From Camelus dromedarius (taxonomy: Eukaryota): a stretch of 64,000 nt of DNA. Position 1 is the stretch's first letter. Every line of letters starts with the position of its first letter. Positions 51,270 to 64,000 of this stretch are shown here, in pieces. Under the pieces are notes generated by a model. The model saw only the letters and a program-made list of their open reading frames with translations. It was not told where the DNA came from and made no database searches. The stretch lies in assembly GCF_036321535.1 (NCBI RefSeq), contig NC_087436.1, forward strand, positions 11,036,001 to 11,100,000. The letters are read 5' to 3'. The position numbers and the translations under genes are program-made.

Positions 51270-51280
51270 CAAGATGGCGG
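51270..51280 (+). promoter_or_regulatory. YY1 site of the L1 internal promoter
   Basis: CAAGATGGCGG about 10 nt from the L1 5' end, the canonical position in mammalian L1s. Confidence 0.8.
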
Positions 51281-51517
51281 AGTAGAAGGACGCTTGTAGC
51301 TCACCCTCTCCCCACAAATACACCAAGACTCACATCTACAGACCCACTTAGCCAACCAGAGCACCCGCGGAACTCGGACAGAATATCGTCCTCTTCAAAA
51401 GACAGAGATGCCAAAAACCTGTTTATTCCTACATAGGCATTAGATAGATAAATAAATAAGCTCCTTAAGGACCACAGTAGATAACTGATACTCCGTAAAC
51501 CACAGTGCCAGAGAGGT

Positions 51518-52419
51518 ATGAGCAAGATGAAGAAGCAGAGAAATCATTCCCAATTAAAGAGCAAGAGAAATCCCCTGAAAGAACGATCAATGAAACAGAC
51601 ATCGATAGCCTACTAGATCAAGATTTCAAAAAAGGAGAGATCAAAGTACTGAAGGAACTAAAAGAGATAGTGTTTAGAGATATAAAATATGTCAAAAATG
51701 AAATGGAAGCTATAAAAAAGAGCCAAGTAGAATTGGTAAACTCATTGGCTGAGATGAGAAATGATCTAAAGGCTGTGCAAAGTAAACTAGGTAATGTAGA
51801 GGAACGAATAAGTGACCTAGAAGACAAGACAACAGAAAGCAACCAATCAGAACAGCTACAAGATAAACAAATAAAAACAAATGAAAATAGCACAAGGGAC
51901 CTATGGGATAATATAAAGTGTGCCAATCTTCACATAATAGGGGTCCCAGAAGAGGAAGAAAGATCAAAGGGGATTGAAAAGGTATTGGAAGAAATCATGA
52001 CTGAAAACTTCCCAAACTTAAAGAAGGAATCAGATATCCAAGTACAGGAAGCTCAGAGGGTCCCAAACAGGAAGAACCCAAACATACCCACACCAAGACA
52101 TATCATAATCAAGATGGCCAGAGTCAAGGAGAAAGAAATGATCCTAAAGGCAGCAAGAGAAAAGCAAAGAGTGAGTTACAAGGGAACCCCCATAAGGCTC
52201 TCAGCTGATTTCTCTACACAAACACTACAGGCCAGAAGGGAGTGGCAAGATATATTCAAAGTCCTGAATGAAAAAAAGATGCAGCCTAGGATACTTTATC
52301 CAGCAAGGCTATCCTTTAGGATAGAAGGAGACATAAAGAATTTCACAGACAAGAAAAAGCTACAAGAGTTTAGCAATACTAAACCCATGGTAAAAGAAAT
52401 ATTGAAAGGTCTACTCTAG
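51518..52419 (+). pseudogene. L1 ORF1p (coiled coil, RRM, CTD); one N-terminal frameshift at about 51556
   Basis: ATG at 51518 gives MSKMKKQRNHSQL, then the frame shifts to KEQEKSPE...; REKQRVSYKGTPIRLSADFS, ARREW and YPARLSF motifs; stop at 52419. Confidence 0.9.
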
Positions 52420-52834
52420 AAAAGCAGCAGGATGCTACAGAAATGAGAAACTCACAACTAGAAAGGTGATAACTCATGAATTACAAATAAAATAAACATG
52501 AAATTGTAAAAGAAGACATCTAAATCATTGAGAGTGGGAGAGGGAGGCAGGAAAGTATAGAATTTTTTTTCTTTCTTTTTTAAATTTTTTGTTCTTAGTA
52601 GGATGGGTTTGAGATCATGTTACTATCAGTTAAATAAAAATAGTTGTAGTAATGGGCTAATAGACTTACAAAAAAGGGTAACCACAAGCCAAAAACTTAC
52701 AAGGGAGTCACAAAAACTAAATAAAGTCCATGATAATACAAAGGAAAATTACCAAACCACAAAAGGAAAAAGAAAGGAACAAAGAGGAAATACCAAATCA
52801 ACTGCAAAGATAAGTTCCAAATTGCAATTAAAAA

Positions 52835-55800
52835 ATGGCAATAAACACACATCTGTCATTAATTACTGTAAATATTAATGGACTAAATGCTCCAGTCAAG
52901 AGACAAAGAGTGGCAGACTGGAAAATAAAGCAAGAACCTTCAATATGCTGCATACAAGAGACCCACTTTAGGGAGAAGGACACATACAGATTGAGAGTGA
53001 AAGGATGGAAAAGGATATTCCATGCAAATGAAAAAGCCAAAAAAGCAGGTGTTGCAGTACTCATTTCAGACAAAATAGACTTTAAAACAAAGTCCATAAA
53101 GAAAGATAAAGAAGGACATCTTATAATGATTAAAGGAGTAATAAAAGATGAAGATATTACACTTGTTAATATATATGCACCCAATATAGGAGCACCTAAA
53201 TACATAAAACAATTACTAACAGAGATAAAGGGGGATATTGATAGGAATACAATCACAGTTGAATATTTTAACACCACATTAACATCACTAGACAGATCTT
53301 CCAGACAGAAAATAAATAAGGCAACAGAGAAATTAAATAATACAATAGAAAAATTAGATTTGGTGGATATTTTCAGAGCATTACACCCTCAAAAAATAGG
53401 ATATATATTCTTTTCAAGTGCACATGAAACATTTTCTAGGATTGATCATGTACTTGGGCACAAAAGAAACCTCAACAATTTTAGAAAGATAGAAATTATC
53501 TCAAGCATCTTTACTGACCACAATGCTGTGAAACTAGAAATCAACAACAGAGAAATGAAGGAGAAAAAAAGGAAAGCATGGAGATTAAACAATATGCTAT
53601 TAAAAAACCAATGGGCCAATGAGGAAATCAAAGCTGAAATTAAAAAATACCTTGAGACAAATGAAAATGAAACCACAACCACACAAAATTTATGGGACAT
53701 AGCAAAGGCAGTGGTAAGAGGGAAGTTTATAGCGATACAGGAATTCCTCAAAAAAGAAAACAATTTCAAATAAACAATTCAACCCACCAGCTGAAAGAAT
53801 TAGAAGAAGAAGAACAAAAAACCCCAAAAGGCAGCAGAAGGAAGAAAATTATAAAGATCAGGGAGGAAATAAATAAAATAGAGATTTACAAAAACATGGG
53901 AAAAATCAATCAAACCAAAAGCTGGTTTTTTGAAAAAGTAAATAAAATTGACAAACCTCTGGCAAAACTCACAAAGAAGAAAAAAGAGAGAGCACAAATT
54001 AGCAAAATAAGAAAGGAAAGTGGAAAATTACAACAAATAAAATAGAAATACAGAATATCATATGAGAATATTATGAAAAACTATATGGAACCAAACTGGA
54101 TAACCTAGAGGAGATGGACAAGTTTCTGGAAACATACAGTCCACCAAGACTGAATCAAGAAGAAACTGATCACTTGAACAAACTGATCACTAGAAATGAA
54201 ATCGAAATAGCAATAAAAAACCTCCCTACAAATAAAAGTCCAGGACCGGACAGCTTCACCGGAGAATTCTACCAAACATACAGAGAAGAACTCATACCAG
54301 TCCTTCTCAAACTCTTCCAGAAGATTGAAAAGGAGGGAATACTCCCAAATTCATTCTATGAAGCCACCATCACCCTGATACCAAATCCAGGCAAAGACAC
54401 TACCAAAAAAGAGAATTATAGGCCAATATCACTAATGAACATAGATGCCAAAATCCTCACCAAAATATTAGCAAATAGAATCCAACAGCACATAAAAAAG
54501 ATTGTACATCATGACCAAGTGGGGTTCATCCCAGGGACACAAGGGTGGTTCAACATATGCAAATCAATCAATGTAATACATCACATCAACAAGAGAAAGG
54601 ACAAAAACCACATGATCATCTGAATCGATGCAGAAAAAGCATTTGATAAAATTCAATACCCATTTATGATAAAAACTCTCACTAAAGTGGGTATAGAGGG
54701 AACATATCTCAACATAATAAAAGCTATATATGACAAACCTACAGCCAGCATAGTACTCAACAGTGAAAAAACTCAAAAGCTTCCCACTAAAATCTGGGAC
54801 AAGACAAGGATGCCCACTATCACCACTCCTATTCAACATAGTCTTGGAAGTCCTAGCCACAGCAATCAGGCAAGAGAGAGAAATAAAAGGGATCCAAATT
54901 GGAAAAGAAGAGGTAAAAGTGTCACTATATGCCGACGACATGTTACTATACATAGAAAACCCTAAAAGGTCCACACAAAAACTACTAGAGCTGATTGAAG
55001 AATTCAGCAAGGTGGTAGGTTACAAGATTAACGTTCAAAAATCAGTTGCATTTCTTTACACTAACGATGCATCAACAGAAAAAGAAAGTAAAGAAACAAC
55101 TCCCTTTAAAATAGCACCCAAAGTAATAAAATATCTGGGAATAAATCTAACCAAGGAGGTGAAAGAATTATACACAGAAAACTATAAACCATTGATGAGG
55201 GAAATTAAAGAAGACTTTAAAAAATGGAAAAATATCCCATGCTCTTGGAGTGGAAGAATCAATATTGTTAAAATGGTCACACTGCCTAAGGCAATCTACA
55301 GATTTAATGCAATCCCTATCCAATTACCCAGGACAGATTTCACAGAACTAGAAAAAATCATAATAAAATTCATATGGAACCATCAAAGACCTAGAATTGC
55401 CAAAGCATTACTGAAGAGAAAGAAAGAGGCTGGAGGAATAACTCTCCCAGACTTCAGACAATACTATAGAGCTACAGTCATCAAGACAGCATGGTATTGG
55501 TACCAAAACAGACATATAGACCAATGGAACAGAATAGAGAGCCCAGAAATGAACCCACAAACTTTTGGTCAACTAATCTTCGACAAAGGAGGCAAGAATA
55601 TACAATGGAATAAAGACAGTCTCTTCAGCAAATGGTGTTGGGGAAAGTGGACAGCAGCATGTAAAGCAATGAAGCTAGAACACTCCCTTACACCATATAC
55701 AAAAATAAACTCAAAATTGATCAAAGACTTAAACATAAGACAGGATACAATAAACCTCCTAGAATAAAATATAGGCAAAGCATTATCTGACATACATCTC

Positions 55801-56635
55801 AAAAATGTTCTCCTAGAACAGTCTACTGAAGCAATAGAAATAAAAGCAAGAATAAACAAATGGGACCTAATGAAACTTACAAGCTTCTGCACAGCAAAGG
55901 AAATCGTAAGTAAAACACAAAGACAACCTATAGAATGGAGAAAATTTTTGCAAATGAAACCGACAAAGGCTTGATCTCCAGAAAACATAAGCAGCTCATA
56001 TGACTTAATGAGAAACAACCAAACAACCCAATCCAAAAATGGGCAGAAGACCTAAACAAGCAATTCTCCAAGGAAGACATACAAATGATCAATAGGCACA
56101 TGAAAAAGGCTCAGTATCACTAATTATAGAGAAATGCAAATCAAAACTACAATGAGGTCACCATGTCAGAATGGCCATTATTCAAAAATCCACAAATGAC
56201 AAGTGCTGGAGAGGCTGTGGAGAAAAGGGAACCCTCCTTTACTGCTGGTGGGAATGCAGTTTGGTGCAGCCACTGTGGAAAACAGTATGGAGATTCCTCA
56301 AAAGACTAGGAATAGACTTACTGTATGACCCAGGAATCCCGCTCCTGGGGATATATCCAGAAGGAACCCTACTTCAAAATGACACCTGCACCCCAATGTT
56401 CATAGCAGCACTATTTACAATAGCCAAGACATGGAAACAGCCTAAATGTCCATTAACAGATGACTGGATAAAGAAGTGGTATATTTATATGAAGGAATAC
56501 TACTCAGCCATAAAAACCAACAACATAATGCCATTTGCACCAACATGGATACTCCTGGGGAATGTCATTCTAAGTGAAGTAAGCCAGAAAGAGAAAGAAA
56601 AATACCATATGAGGTCGCCCATATATGGAATCTAA
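52835..56635 (+). pseudogene. L1 ORF2p (APE endonuclease, RT, C-terminal Cys-rich domain), disrupted
   Basis: Endonuclease ORF 52835-53773 (NINGLN, QET, TDH); RT YADD at 54928-54939; CWRGC..CWWEC; frameshifts near 53760, 54030 and 54770 and premature stops at 54621 and 55765. Confidence 0.95.
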
Positions 56636-57084
56636 ACAACAAGAAAAAAAACAAAAACAAACAAAAACAAAGAAAACATAAATACAAAACAGAAATAGAC
56701 TCATAGACATAGAATACAAACTTGTGGTTGCCAAGGGGGTGGGGGGAGGTTGGAAGGGACAGACTGTGATTTCAAAATGTAGAATAGATAAGCAAGATTA
56801 TACTGTATAGCACAGAGAAATATACACAAGATCTCATGGTAGGTCACAGAGGAAAAAAAAGTGACAATGAATATATATATGTTCATGTATAACTGAAAAA
56901 TGTACTGTACACTGGAATTTGACACAACATTGTAAAATGATTATAAATCAATAAAAAATGTTAAAAAAAGAAAAAATTAAGAGATATTTTTCAGTATGTT
57001 GAAGCATTGTCAGTTATGCGTTTTTACCAGTTTATAAAATTGAGATAAACAGCTGATTGTAAACAAATATTCAAACGATATTTA

Positions 57085-58020
57085 TCCAACAGGCACATGA
57101 ACAGATGCTCACATTACTAATCATCAGGGAAGTGCAAAATCAAAACAATGATGTATCACCTCTCACCTATTATCAAAAAGGCAAGAAATAACAAGTGTTG
57201 GCAAGGATGTGGAGAAAAGGGAAACTTGATGCACTGTTAGTGGGAATGTAAATTAGTGCAGCTACTATGGAAAACAGTATGGCAATTCCTAAAAAAAAGT
57301 AAAAATAGAATTACCATATTATCCAGCAATTTCTGTGTATTTATCCAAAGAAAATGAAAATGCTAATTTGAAAAGACTTATACCCACCATGTTCATTTCA
57401 GCATTATTTATAATAGCCAAGATGTAGAAACAACCTAAATGTTCATCAATGGATGAATTGATAAAGAAAAAGTGACATCTTTATAAGACATCTAAACACA
57501 CACAGTGGAATGTTATTCAGCCATGAAAAAATAATGAAATCTTGCCATTTACCAAGACCATGGATGGACCTTGTGGGCATTGTGCTAAGTAAAATAAGGC
57601 AGAGAGAGACAAATACCTCACTTATATGTGGAATCTAAAAATCAACCAACAAACAAAAAACCAAGTGCATAGATACAGAGAACAGACTGGTATTTGCCAG
57701 AGGCGGGGGGCAGAAGGGAGGGCGAAATTGTCAAAGGGGGTCAAAAGGTATATTAAACTTCCATTTATAAAATAAATAAAGCAGGGATATGATGTTCAGC
57801 ATGTAGACTGTAATTAATAATATTATATTGTATATTTGAAGTTTCTAAAAGAGTAGATCTTAAAAGCCCTCGTTACAAGAAAAAAAATTTGTAGCTATGT
57901 ATGGTGATGAGTGTTAACTAGACTTATGATGGTGATCAGTTTGCAATATATACAAATATCGAATCATGTTGTAACCTTAAACTAATATAATGTATTGCAT
58001 TTATACCTCAATAAAAAATT
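57085..58020 (+). mobile_element. Older L1 3' end (L1MA-like)
   Basis: 'acaagtgttggcaaggatgtggagaaaagggaa', 'gagtagatcttaaaag', 'ttatacctcaataaa'. Confidence 0.9.
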
Positions 58021-59809
58021 TTATTTTTAAATTGTGAGAACGCACATTGCATTAGTATCAAGAATTCACTTACAATTATCAGACTACTCTATTTTATTTC
58101 ATACAAAGTCAGTATGTTCAGGAACATTCCAAATGTGGCATTCTCTTTAATTCTGTGGCCCCGTCAGTCACATATTTTTCTGCTAAGATCTTACTAAGAT
58201 GAAGCCCATCGCCAGCTGTCAGTGATCGGTTGCTTTTCTCAAACGTAGTCTCCTATGGAAATCTCCACTCGCTGCTTCTTCATTGAAGAGCCTCCTTCTG
58301 ATATTTACAATCATGAAACAATGTCCCTGAGCTAATCCCAAACCTTCTGCACGTTACCGCGTGATGTGGTATGGGGTAACTGATGCCGCCTCAGAGTACC
58401 TGGCATCCTGTGGGGGTGACTATTCTTACTAGTTAAGGTTGGTCTCCAGACACTGTCCCTGAGGAAAGGCTTAACATTTCTAGAGCAGCTAGAAACTATT
58501 CCAAAATTAGCGCATGTTTATTTTAAAGGTCATTTATTATGCTGCTACATTCTATTAAGGGTGAAGTAATAAGAGAAATTGAGAGTTTGTAAAAAGCCCA
58601 TCACGACAAAACCTCAAAGCTGCCCTGGGCTGGCAAATACATCATCTATTTTAAGTCATCAGGAATAGATATGATCATTTTTTCCTTGATGGTAACTACA
58701 GACATATATAAAGAGACTCACTGTCAAAAGCTGTAGTTCAGAGAGCTTGCTTAGTCCTAAAAAAATGCATCTAGTCTATGCCTAAAAATGAAGAGGATTT
58801 TTTTCTCTTGTTTTGTCTTGAAATTAGTTAATTGTTCTAGACAGCCTTAAAAAAACACTGAATGTCAAAAGTGGCAAAGTAAGATATCATCACAGAGAAG
58901 TTAAGGAAGTTAGTAATTTGGAATGATTATTAGTTTTTGTTGAGTTTCTACAGGTACAAGACAACAGACCACATTAGATATGTCTACATGCAAAGCTTGA
59001 ATTATGGCTTTTAAGCTGCCAGAATAATTTTGAACAGTAGGCTTGAACTTAGGGCCTATTCCAATTTATGTTTCTGCTTGAAACTTCATTGTGGTTCTGA
59101 GATATTTTTTAAACTTCAGGCACGTGAACCTGAGAGAACTAGATGTCACTGAAGAGCCCATTGAACATGTAGCCAAGTTCTTGTCCTGTGCATCCTACTG
59201 ACGCATGATTGCTTCTAAGATTAATTCTTATTTCAATTCAGTTGAAATGCTACAATTCTCCAATCAAGTCTCAGCATAGCTACAAACCGTTGTAATTCAC
59301 AGGTGTCAGTTTCTCCTTGAAATGCCAGAGGAGATTGCTGAGAATTAAAACAGCAATGATAACAACATAATTACATGTAGAAAGGCTACTGGATACAGCC
59401 TCATTTCCTAGTTCTTCCCAGAGTGAATGTATGTAAAATTACATGAAAATGAGCTTTACTTATCATTTTCAACAGGACACAGTGTTTAACTAATTTTGTG
59501 GAATGCCAAGTGGTTTGGAATGTTGTAAGTAATTAAACACTGCAGAGAGTGAATTCCCTTGATGATAAAGTGAATTAAAAGTCGGGGGGAAATTCAGGCA
59601 CAACGGTAACATTTTCCCATGAGCTTTAACCTATTTCCTTTTAACATTAGGAAAGGATCACATTCAATAGATATCAGTATTTAAAATATTATTTAAAAAA
59701 AAAAAACTTACAAGTGCTAGATTGTCACCAATGACACTCGCTATTCTCCAAATGGAAATGAAGCCAGTGGAGGCTTAAAAGAAAAATTAAATCAGTCCTA
59801 TTAGCAAAA

Positions 59810-60400
59810 GTTCAATTCAATAAGTGTTAACTGAGATCCCATTATATGCAAAATGAAAATAATATATCACCCCTAACCTCATGTTACTTACAACCTGATT
59901 AGAGGATAATATAAATTTAAGAATAATAATAAAAATAGAACAAAAAATTTAAAAATAAAGATAATTAGCATAAGAGATACTAAGTACACAGATTCAAAGG
60001 GAAGAAAATAAACCTTTTTTAGAACATCAGAAATTTCATGGAAAATGTAGCCTTAGAGATGGAGGGAATGCCCACAAGATGGGGAAGACAGGAATTTCAA
60101 GAGTAAAAGCACAGACAAAAATAAGGGAGAAAAATATATGTTGCACACAGAGAAAACATCTAGATTTCACTGCAGAATGGTTAAATGTGTGAGGCATATA
60201 ATTGGGAGGTGCTGTTAAGATTTTTCAATTTCATTCTGTAGGCATTAGGGAAGCATAAAAATTTTATGTGGAGAAAAAGTGTCATGGGCAAAGTTATTCG
60301 TATCTCAGCAATGAATAGGATAACTGGTGTGGGGAGTGACGAGTTGGGAAAGCCAGTTACACTTCAGTCGCAATAGATCAGGTGAGAGGGATGTGATTAA
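59810..60400 (-). mobile_element. L2 remnant
   Basis: 'ttcaattcaataagtgttaactgag..' and 'ttcattctgtaggcattagggaagc'. Confidence 0.5.
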
Positions 60401-60667
60401 ACTGAATACTTCAGCCAAGATGGTGGTGACAACTGTTGGAGAACTGTGTTGCCCCCCAATACAGTCAACAGCTCGAAAGCTGTGAAAACTAGTCTTGTTA
60501 AAACATCAGAGTGTGTAGTTGGTGTGCTGTAATACACAGAAGCTAAATCAGGCAAGGTGTGTCATCACAGCTCACTATCATTTGAAACAGTAAGTTTCAA
60601 GGATTCCCAGGAGACTGGCCACGAATAACTCAACATTGCTATACGTAGATGTCTTAACATCGCTCCC

Positions 60668-61188
60668 TGTAGTAGGGAAGAAAAATCTGACTCCGCAGTA
60701 GATCTGTTTCTTTGCCTCTAACCCTGTGCTCTGTTTCCTGGGCTCAGTCCTGTTGGTTCTGCACCTTTTGTAAAAGAATGTTGCCTAGAGCCTGAAATAG
60801 ACAGGAGAGCCCATTCACAAGGCTCTGACCTTAAGGGTGTTACTTTCCCATTCATATAAAGATTAAAAAGTTGCAGAATAGAAAATAACATTTGTCTTGT
60901 TGGAGGTTTACAGGGACACCATGACCTGACCTAGGTGGACAGCTGCAAGAACAAAGGATTCTGACAGCAAGAAGTTTGCAACAACCAACTACACTCCCTC
61001 CCCTTTTTAGGATAAAAGGAGTCAAAATTCTGACCTGGAGAAGATGATACTCTAGGGCACTAGTCCCTCATCTTCTCAGTCTGCGGGCTTTCCAAATAAA
61101 GTCACTATTCCTTGCCCCAATAAACATCTTATCTCCTGATGTATAGGCCTGTCATATGGCGAGCAGAGTGAGTTTGGACTCAGTAACA
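60668..61188 (+). mobile_element. ERV1-class solo LTR
   Basis: TG...CA termini; AATAAA at 61095-61100; ends 'ttggactcagtaaca'; 4-bp TSD tccc/tcct. Confidence 0.85.
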
Positions 61189-62177
61189 TCCTCCTTACTC
61201 TGGACTCTGGGTAGAAGCACCGTACATTCTGAGTGCCTCGGAACGGGACCAAGGCACTCTGCTCCTTACTTGCAACTGAGACCAAAACTACTGGTCTTAA
61301 TTTTTAACTCTATTTTTATGATTTCAACATTTTTAAAAATTGTGCTTCTTTTTTGTTTATCTAGATGGTAATACAGTGTTTGAATCCTCCTTCTTTTCCA
61401 AAGCTAGCTCCTTTTGCTGACACAAATGCCTCTCTCCAGCAAATAGTCTAAATCTAAATGAGATAAATAGGTGTCCTCCGGGGCTTATCTCAGAGGAGCC
61501 TCTGGGCATTGCTGAATACATTCAGTTAGGAGGTGTCATTCCCAGGTGTGGCAGTGGCAGGACTTAAGTCCTAAGAAATGGCAATCTGAGCACTTGAATT
61601 CTGGGTGACTAATTTGGTTGACTCCACTTGCAAGATTTGACCGGCCACTGCAGGTGAAAGGACTTGATTGAGCATAGATCAAAAATCTCCCCAGAGCTGA
61701 GTGACCTTGTTAAGCAACTCTGCTACACATTTTATGCGGGGAGTTATGCTCAGCAAAGCACAGATATTTTCCATTAACCTCTGAGGCAACAACAAATTTA
61801 TCCATTTCCTTTCCTGGCTTACTCGCCTCACTCAAATCCCTCAGCAAAATGTCCCTCTCTTCTCTCCTTTGTCAACTTGTCAGGCGGGTTGTGTGAGCGT
61901 GGTCCCCAAGGAAGACTGCCATCTATGCCAAATCTGCAATATTCTTGAGTTTTAATGGGTTCCTGGAATTCTGACTTCTCAAAAAGAATTCCAAATATAA
62001 TTTAAAGTGCCTAGAGAAACAGAGAGAAAGCTCTCCCCTTCTACAGTGTTACAGCCTAACTGAGTATCTGTGTCAAGCTAGATCAAGTCAGTCCAAACAT
62101 AGTTACTCTATGCCTAGAGCCACAGGGCACTAAGTCATACAATGGCAGGTCACAGTCCCTCCCTGGAGAAAGAGGGA

Positions 62178-62378
62178 CAGTGGATTACAGAACAGGTTTC
62201 GGCGTCTGATAGACCCAGGCCCAATTCCACCTCTGTAGTTTTGATAACATAACTTTTCTGAACCTCAATTTCTGCACCTGCAAAATGGGAATAACACCTC
62301 ATAGGGATCCTGATGATACTAGTGAAATGCTTAGTTCTGTTTGTGACGATCTGAAGGATGCCCATGTGTTAGCTGTTT
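62178..62378 (+). mobile_element. MIR
   Basis: 'ttctgaacctcaatttctgcacctgcaaaatgggaataacacctcataggg'. Confidence 0.75.
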
Positions 62379-63205
62379 GTTGTTGCTGCAGGGTTTTATT
62401 TTTGTCTTGTTTCAGTTGGATTTGGTTTGGGTTTGTTTTGTTTGAGAAAATCACTATCAAAGGGAGGGGAGCAAATTAAACCAGTAATTATTAAGTAATG
62501 TCCAGGCACTCACACCAGTGGACCTCTCTCCTTTTTCAGTAAACATTTCTGTAACTATCATCTTAAGTGAACTATAAGAGGATACCTTTTATCTTAATAT
62601 CTTAAGGTATGTGTCATGTGTGTGGACATAAATAATAGCAGATCCTTAAACACAAGTTTATTAAGAAGAGGGGAATGCTTTGAAGCAAATTAAGTTATGT
62701 CCAGGTTATTAGCACTTCTCACAGTATAATCGGTCAAGGCCAGGCCTTAGTCAGACTCTGGGTCAGCCAAATCTACTCCAGAGGAAAGCACTAAGCATGC
62801 CGAAGGTGCTAAGGGACAGTCACGCCTGGGATGGTTGCTGTGCTACGGAAAAGACCTCAAGCTCACAACATTCCCACAGCAAACTGTGTAATGTGCACAA
62901 AAATCTCTTGAGGGGCTCTATTAGAACTCCTAATAGCCAAATGGCCATTTGGAAAATGTATGGTTCTTTCTATAACCTAGACCTTGGAACACATGAGCCA
63001 TCAATGGCAAACATAATCAGAGATTGCAGGAAAATGTTTCCATGTTAAAGATCTTGTCAGTTTCAGCCCCTCGCGTTACTCTCACTGGCATTGGTCCCCT
63101 GTGCCACATCACATCACCAAAGGCTTAGACCAAGAAAAGAGCTGAGTAATAAGATGGACCAAGACCATTATAGACTCAAAAGAGGACAGTGACCCAGGAA
63201 TCTAT

Positions 63206-63740
63206 AGGTAGTTAGATAAGTGGGGACACTGGGCAGATAAGGTAGAAGAGAAAGAGGATGGTCCAGAAGATGGTGGGATGCTTGCCTTCAGCATAAAGGG
63301 GCTTTACTTCGTCTAAGTAAGTGCCAGCAAGAAACCGATTAGAACCCGATGGCCACGACTGCTCGGTAGCAACAAGGACCTAACTGGACGTGACCTAATG
63401 TTCACTGTAATATAATTAGCATTGTGGTTTTGCCCCCCGCCCATGGGTTTTTCTGTGTGCATCAAAAGGGGACGAGCAGGACTGAGCACTCCAGGGGCAA
63501 GAGCTGTCAATCAATCAAGAGATCACTTCTAAGCGAGGGTATAAGAGAAGGGACCAAACAAAGACCATTGCTATCCGCCCTTGGATCAGCCCACCTCCCA
63601 TTCCTGGAGGTGTACTTTCCCTTTGCTAATAAATCCTTTAAAATCTTTTGCTACACAATGCTTCTGTCTCCTGTCTGAATACTAATCTTTCAGGTAAGAC
63701 AAGAACTGGGGTCTTTTTTCCTTCCCCTTTTGGGGTAACA
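63206..63740 (+). mobile_element. ERV1-class solo LTR related to 13897-14475
   Basis: Starts aggtagttaga (compare tgttaggcagttaga); TATAA at 63540; AATAAA at 63628; ends ggtaaca; CTAT on both flanks. Confidence 0.8.
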
Positions 63741-64000
63741 CTATAGACCCAATGTACACAAAGTGCTGGGTAACTCTCCTGGCGTCACCCACAGGGGCAC
63801 TCTGCTCGTGAGATCAAGGCCATGAAGGTGCTCGTACTCCGTCACCCTCGCACTCCCAGACCAAGCCCCCATGTCCAACCATGAAAGGTTTCCGAGGAGG
63901 TCTGTCCCATAACATGCCACAGATCACAAAAATCTCATTTAACATAAACAAAAAAGCAAAAAGCAAAGGGATTTGACTCTGTGGGATGTCTGGGTCCTTA

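Larger units (their letters stand above)
50997..56965 (+). mobile_element. Young near-full-length camelid L1 insertion including a 264-bp 5' non-L1 extension; 14-bp TSD
   Basis: TSD aaaagaaaaaatta at 50983-50996 and 56966-56979; L1 proper starts at 51261; ORF1, ORF2, AATAAA at 56950-56955. Confidence 0.93.

Noticed and set aside
52828..56036. Long minus-strand ORFs (149, 107, 148 and 155 aa) over the young L1
   Set aside because: These are antisense shadows of L1 ORF2; equivalent antisense ORFs appear over the other L1 copies in the window.
56998..57005. 8-bp inverted match (gttgaagc) to sequence just before the L1 start
   Set aside because: Too short to distinguish from chance.

Overview
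This is mammalian nuclear DNA, very likely camelid, judged from tRNA-Ala-derived SINEs with the camelid-type 'cctaattacctccccc' tail and camelid-style L1 3' ends. It is AT-rich and repeat-dense: roughly 40% is LINE-1-derived by my rough sum of fragment lengths, plus MIR, L2, MaLR/ERVL/ERV1 solo LTRs and hAT/Tigger MITEs. I found no recognisable host protein-coding exon, RNA gene or CpG island, so the window looks intergenic or deep intronic. All long ORFs are L1 ORF1/ORF2 or their antisense shadows. The most interesting structures are: (1) a young near-full-length L1 (50997-56965) whose target-site duplication encloses 264 bp of non-L1 sequence upstream of the L1 start (candidate 5' transduction) and whose 5'UTR is only about 257 nt (candidate spliced element); (2) an ORF2-less L1 derivative joining the ORF1 end and spacer directly to the 3' tail (HAL1-like); (3) a 369-bp non-repeat polyadenylated insert with a 14-bp TSD; and (4) a perfect 76-bp duplication 1.3 kb apart at an L1 truncation point. 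I see no evidence for a wholly new biological system. Repeat family names are recalled from consensus sequences and were not checked by a search.
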